Positions 60,854 to 64,000 of a stretch of DNA of 64,000 nucleotides are shown one piece after another (position 1 is the first letter of the stretch; every line of letters starts with the position of its first letter). The notes under the pieces were generated by a model. The model saw only the letters and a list, made by a program, of their open reading frames with translations, searched no databases and was not told where the DNA came from. The position numbers and the translations under genes were made by a program. The stretch covers positions 27,880,299 through 27,944,298 of the forward strand of contig NC_134025.1 of NCBI RefSeq assembly GCF_964204645.1, written 5' to 3'. The DNA comes from Tubulanus polymorphus. Lineage: Eukaryota > Animalia > Nemertea.

Positions 60854-61723
60854 TTATGAGTCTTTATTTTCATCATTAGTGGGAGTAATTTCATCTTGGT
60901 CGATGATTTCTATATCGCTAGAGTTTTGTTTTGTCGTCACCTCCATTTCACTAGTATCACTATCTAACTTCGACCATGATGATGATTTATCAGTAGAGGA
61001 TGAAGATGATACTTGAATTACGGATTCATTGGATGATGATGACACGGATGGAAGAGGTGACGATTTAGAGACAGTTTTTCTTTCTCTTTGCCAGGCAGGG
61101 ATTATAGGACTAGTTTCCGGAGGTGGCGCAAACTGTTTCCTACCCAAAAGAAGCGCTTTCACGGAACTCAAATCAGATTTGATGTCATTGATAGTTTGCT
61201 GACCTTCAAATGACTCGGCACCGGATTTTCTTTCAATTTCGTTTGATAATTTACGTATGGTTATTTGATGTTCAGCGACAGATTTTTCGATCATTATTAA
61301 AGTCGTCTGTAATTGTTTAAATGAAGAATCTACGGAAGTTTTAATCTCGGTGACTTTTTGATCGACTTGCTTCAGTTTATCTGGTTTATTGTTTCGACCA
61401 AATAAAAACGGTAATAAATACTGCTTTAAAAACTGGTAAACGGCATATAATCCACCAACCAAAATAGAACCAGAAATTAAGGCATCTTTTATGATCGTAA
61501 ACCAGGAACGCTTTTCAACTACAGAAGTAGCTGATATATTGTTCTCCACAGGAATTGAGACCTCTCCGACTCGCTCAAACACTTTGTCAATCTCTTCTGC
61601 TGTAAGACCCTTACGAACTAGAAATTCTCTTTTCACGGACGGTTTGGAAGTTATGATTTTGTCATTCTGCAGAAATGTGACTGCTGCATTGATGAGAGCC
61701 TCTCGGGATTTGACATCTGTCAT
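60854..61723 (-). CDS. PEX14: PEX14 peroxisomal docking protein, intronless CDS
   Basis: Pex14_N motif REALINAAVTFLQN...KREFLVRKGLTAEEIDKVF, hydrophobic segment, coiled coil, IKSDLSSVKALLLGRKQFAPPP...IPAWQ. Confidence 0.9.
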   Translation of the reverse strand: MTDVKSREALINAAVTFLQNDKIITSKPSVKREFLVRKGLTAEEIDKVFERVGEVSIPVENNISATSVVEKRSWFTIIKDALISGSILVGGLYAVYQFLKQYLLPFLFGRNNKPDKLKQVDQKVTEIKTSVDSSFKQLQTTLIMIEKSVAEHQITIRKLSNEIERKSGAESFEGQQTINDIKSDLSSVKALLLGRKQFAPPPETSPIIPAWQRERKTVSKSSPLPSVSSSSNESVIQVSSSSSTDKSSSWSKLDSDTSEMEVTTKQNSSDIEIIDQDEITPTNDENKDS

Positions 61724-62287
61724 TTTTGGTGGTTATATCTGCAAATGAGTAAAATTCAGAATAAAATAGAAATTCAAAATAAGATATGAATGCAAACTAT
61801 CTTTTTTTCTTTTCCCATGGCATCAAACAAGCTAGTTGATAAGTTTAAAGAATAGACACTATGATTTTGTACGATATTTTACCTTTTCAACGAGGCCAAT
61901 GTCAAAAACCTAAAATATTTCCAAACCTTGAAGTAAAATCGACCGCATCACCACCTGGCGTCAAAAGTCATCATCACAAGATGGTATGACAGACATGCTA
62001 CGTAAAATGAGCTATTGACTTTACTCTGTTGTAATATGTGAAATAGAAAACTTATTCTGAACTAAGATAATTAAATTGATCTCTCAGTGTCGAAGATCTT
62101 TTTGTAAAGACTCCCGAATTGCTGGATTATAGTTGTATTATTTGTGAACGTACTAATTACCAAAAGTGAAGGTGGATTTCTGTTCAAGATTCGTGGAAGG
62201 TACTACAGTACATTAATTATTGAGTGTCCATAAAATTTTCACTACAAATGTCCCAGATAATTTGTTCATTTCATGCTTTGTTTGCAG

Positions 62288-63003
62288 ATGACGCCTAAAG
62301 TGACGGGCAATGATGATAAAGAAATTCCCGAAAAGAATGACGAAGTCAGTTCGCTAGATGGTCCGGATTCATTTTCGGTAGACATTTCAGATTCGGACAG
62401 CGATGACGAGGAGGGAATGAGCTATGAAGGATATCAGCTCATTCCGCAAGAGCCAGGGATGATAGCTGTGGAGTCTGATCCAGAGATTTATAATTCATCA
62501 TCAATTACACAAACGACACATTTAGATCAAGCATTACAGAATATTGTAGATGCGGATTTTAATGATTCTATTGGTGCTGTGGCAAGCAGTATTTTCCAGG
62601 TAAACTGAAATGATTCGGTCAACTATGTCTGCACTCTATTATTCTGAATGTCAGTCAGTTACACACTATTGTGGTTTAGGTTTCTGAAGATAGTCGTGAT
62701 ACCACAGCTAGTCAGTTATGGAATGAAAACAAACAACCCCAAGATGATATAAAACTAGATAAAGGTTAGAATACTCAAAGAAAATATTTGTTTTTTTTAA
62801 ATTTTCAATAGTAATTGATTTCTTATTGTGTTATGTTTACAGAACAAACTGACAAGATTAAGTCGGCAATGGCTGGGATAAAACTGCCAGCTTCAAATAT
62901 TCCTGATTGGGCCAAAGTGATTCCAGAGGATCAGTGGAAATGCAATCTTATCTCAAAGCTACAATTGGATGATGATAATAATACCAAAACAAAGGGAAAC
63001 TAA
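62288..63003 (+). CDS. MEA1: Male-enhanced antigen 1-like, 3 exons (62288-62600, 62681-62764, 62843-63003)
   Basis: Acidic N-terminal half with YEGYQLIPQ; C-terminal IKSAMAGIKLPASNIPDWAKVIPEDQWK matches the MEA1 motif (TMAGVSLP...PAWA.EISDAQW). Confidence 0.8.
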
Positions 63004-63790
63004 CTGTTTTCCTGTGTAATTTAAGACTGTAAAAATGTATATATTCTCAAATTAGCTTGTACCGCTGGGAATTGGATCAATGGATCTGCTCTTCTTCCAG
63101 AAAACTATCTATATCATTTACCAGAAAATATATTAAGTAATCAACTGACAATATTGATTTGTCCAAGTACTTCTTTAAGTAACGGAATCTACTCCAGGAA
63201 TGCCTGAAATTGTCATCAAAATAACTTGTGGGTTTGGATTTTCTTAGTAGTATTAGTCAAATTTGCTTTAGTGGTCATAATGATGACTAAACAACATATT
63301 GTGACGACTTAACCGATGATATCTTCGATGAGTTCGACTACTTTCATATTCAATTGTCTTCTCTGCTCATCTGGAGTCTTGGAATTGGATCAGGTCGCAT
63401 CTGAGCCTCACAACAATGAAACAACACTCAAACAATGCATTTGATTGTATGTATTTCACAAAAACATGTTTTTTTAGATAAAGATCAATCACTCTGCATT
63501 CTTCACAAGACAAAACTCTTGAATGAAACTGGTAAGTACCGGTACTTTGAGAGTCTTAACACTTTGATATGTGAAAATTGTATGATAGTAAATTGGGGTA
63601 CCAGTACTTGGTAAAATTGGAAAAATATATAATGTAAAATATTCTTGATATGCCAATTACAACAGTGTTCATGCTAATGTAAAATGAAAAAAAACAAACA
63701 CTTAAACATATAATCAACCAAATAAAGATCATTCCATTGAACTGTTATGTAAAACTATTACAAAAATCAACAATAAAACGATGATAATTA

Positions 63791-64000
63791 TTAAAGTTTT
63801 TGTGATTCTTCATAAATATTCAATTTCTTTACTTCATCATAAAGTTCTATGAGATGTTTATCTCCGTGGTCAACGACGAGATCATTTAAAGCCTCAACTA
63901 ATTCGAACAGGTATTCTGAGTTTTTACCACTCGGTCCAATGGACGTGTAGATCTGATATGCTATATCTTTCATCGGGGCAGGTCCAAGAAAGTGTGGATT
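63791..64000 (-). CDS. CHAC2: CHAC2-like glutathione-specific gamma-glutamylcyclotransferase, last exon (gene continues beyond window)
   Basis: NPHFLGPAPMKDIAYQIYTSIGPSGKNSEYLFELVEAL...DKHLIELYDEVKKL matches the ChaC C-terminus (GPSGxNxEYL). Confidence 0.85.
   Translation of the reverse strand, partial: NPHFLGPAPMKDIAYQIYTSIGPSGKNSEYLFELVEALNDLVVDHGDKHLIELYDEVKKLNIYEESQKL

Overview
AT-rich, gene-dense eukaryotic DNA with short (mostly ~70-120 nt) GT-AG introns, typical of a compact invertebrate animal genome; the species cannot be fixed from sequence. Fifteen protein-coding genes could be assembled by hand: SWSAP1(+), TEAD/scalloped(-), ARL13B(-), GAS2(+), MIS18BP1/KNL2(-), RBM34(+), APLF(-), ABCC10(+), ADSS(-), a GPx1/2-like gene(+), SLC35B2(-), an orphan type II membrane protein(+), PEX14(-), MEA1(+) and the 3' end of CHAC2(-). 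Several short non-autonomous DNA transposons have clear TIRs and TSDs, and there is a hammerhead-like core and a retroposon tail. The most notable observations are: (1) a GPx with Asp at the catalytic Sec/Cys position but an otherwise intact frame; (2) an orphan receptor-like protein with a Tyr-motif tail, coiled-coil stalk and 6-Cys head; (3) an APLF with rearranged domain order; (4) two in-frame ARL13B starts that would toggle myristoylation; (5) a tandem TEAD site upstream of TEAD itself; (6) strict strand alternation over 13 consecutive genes. Gene names come from recalled family motifs, not a database search, and exon boundaries were inferred by eye.
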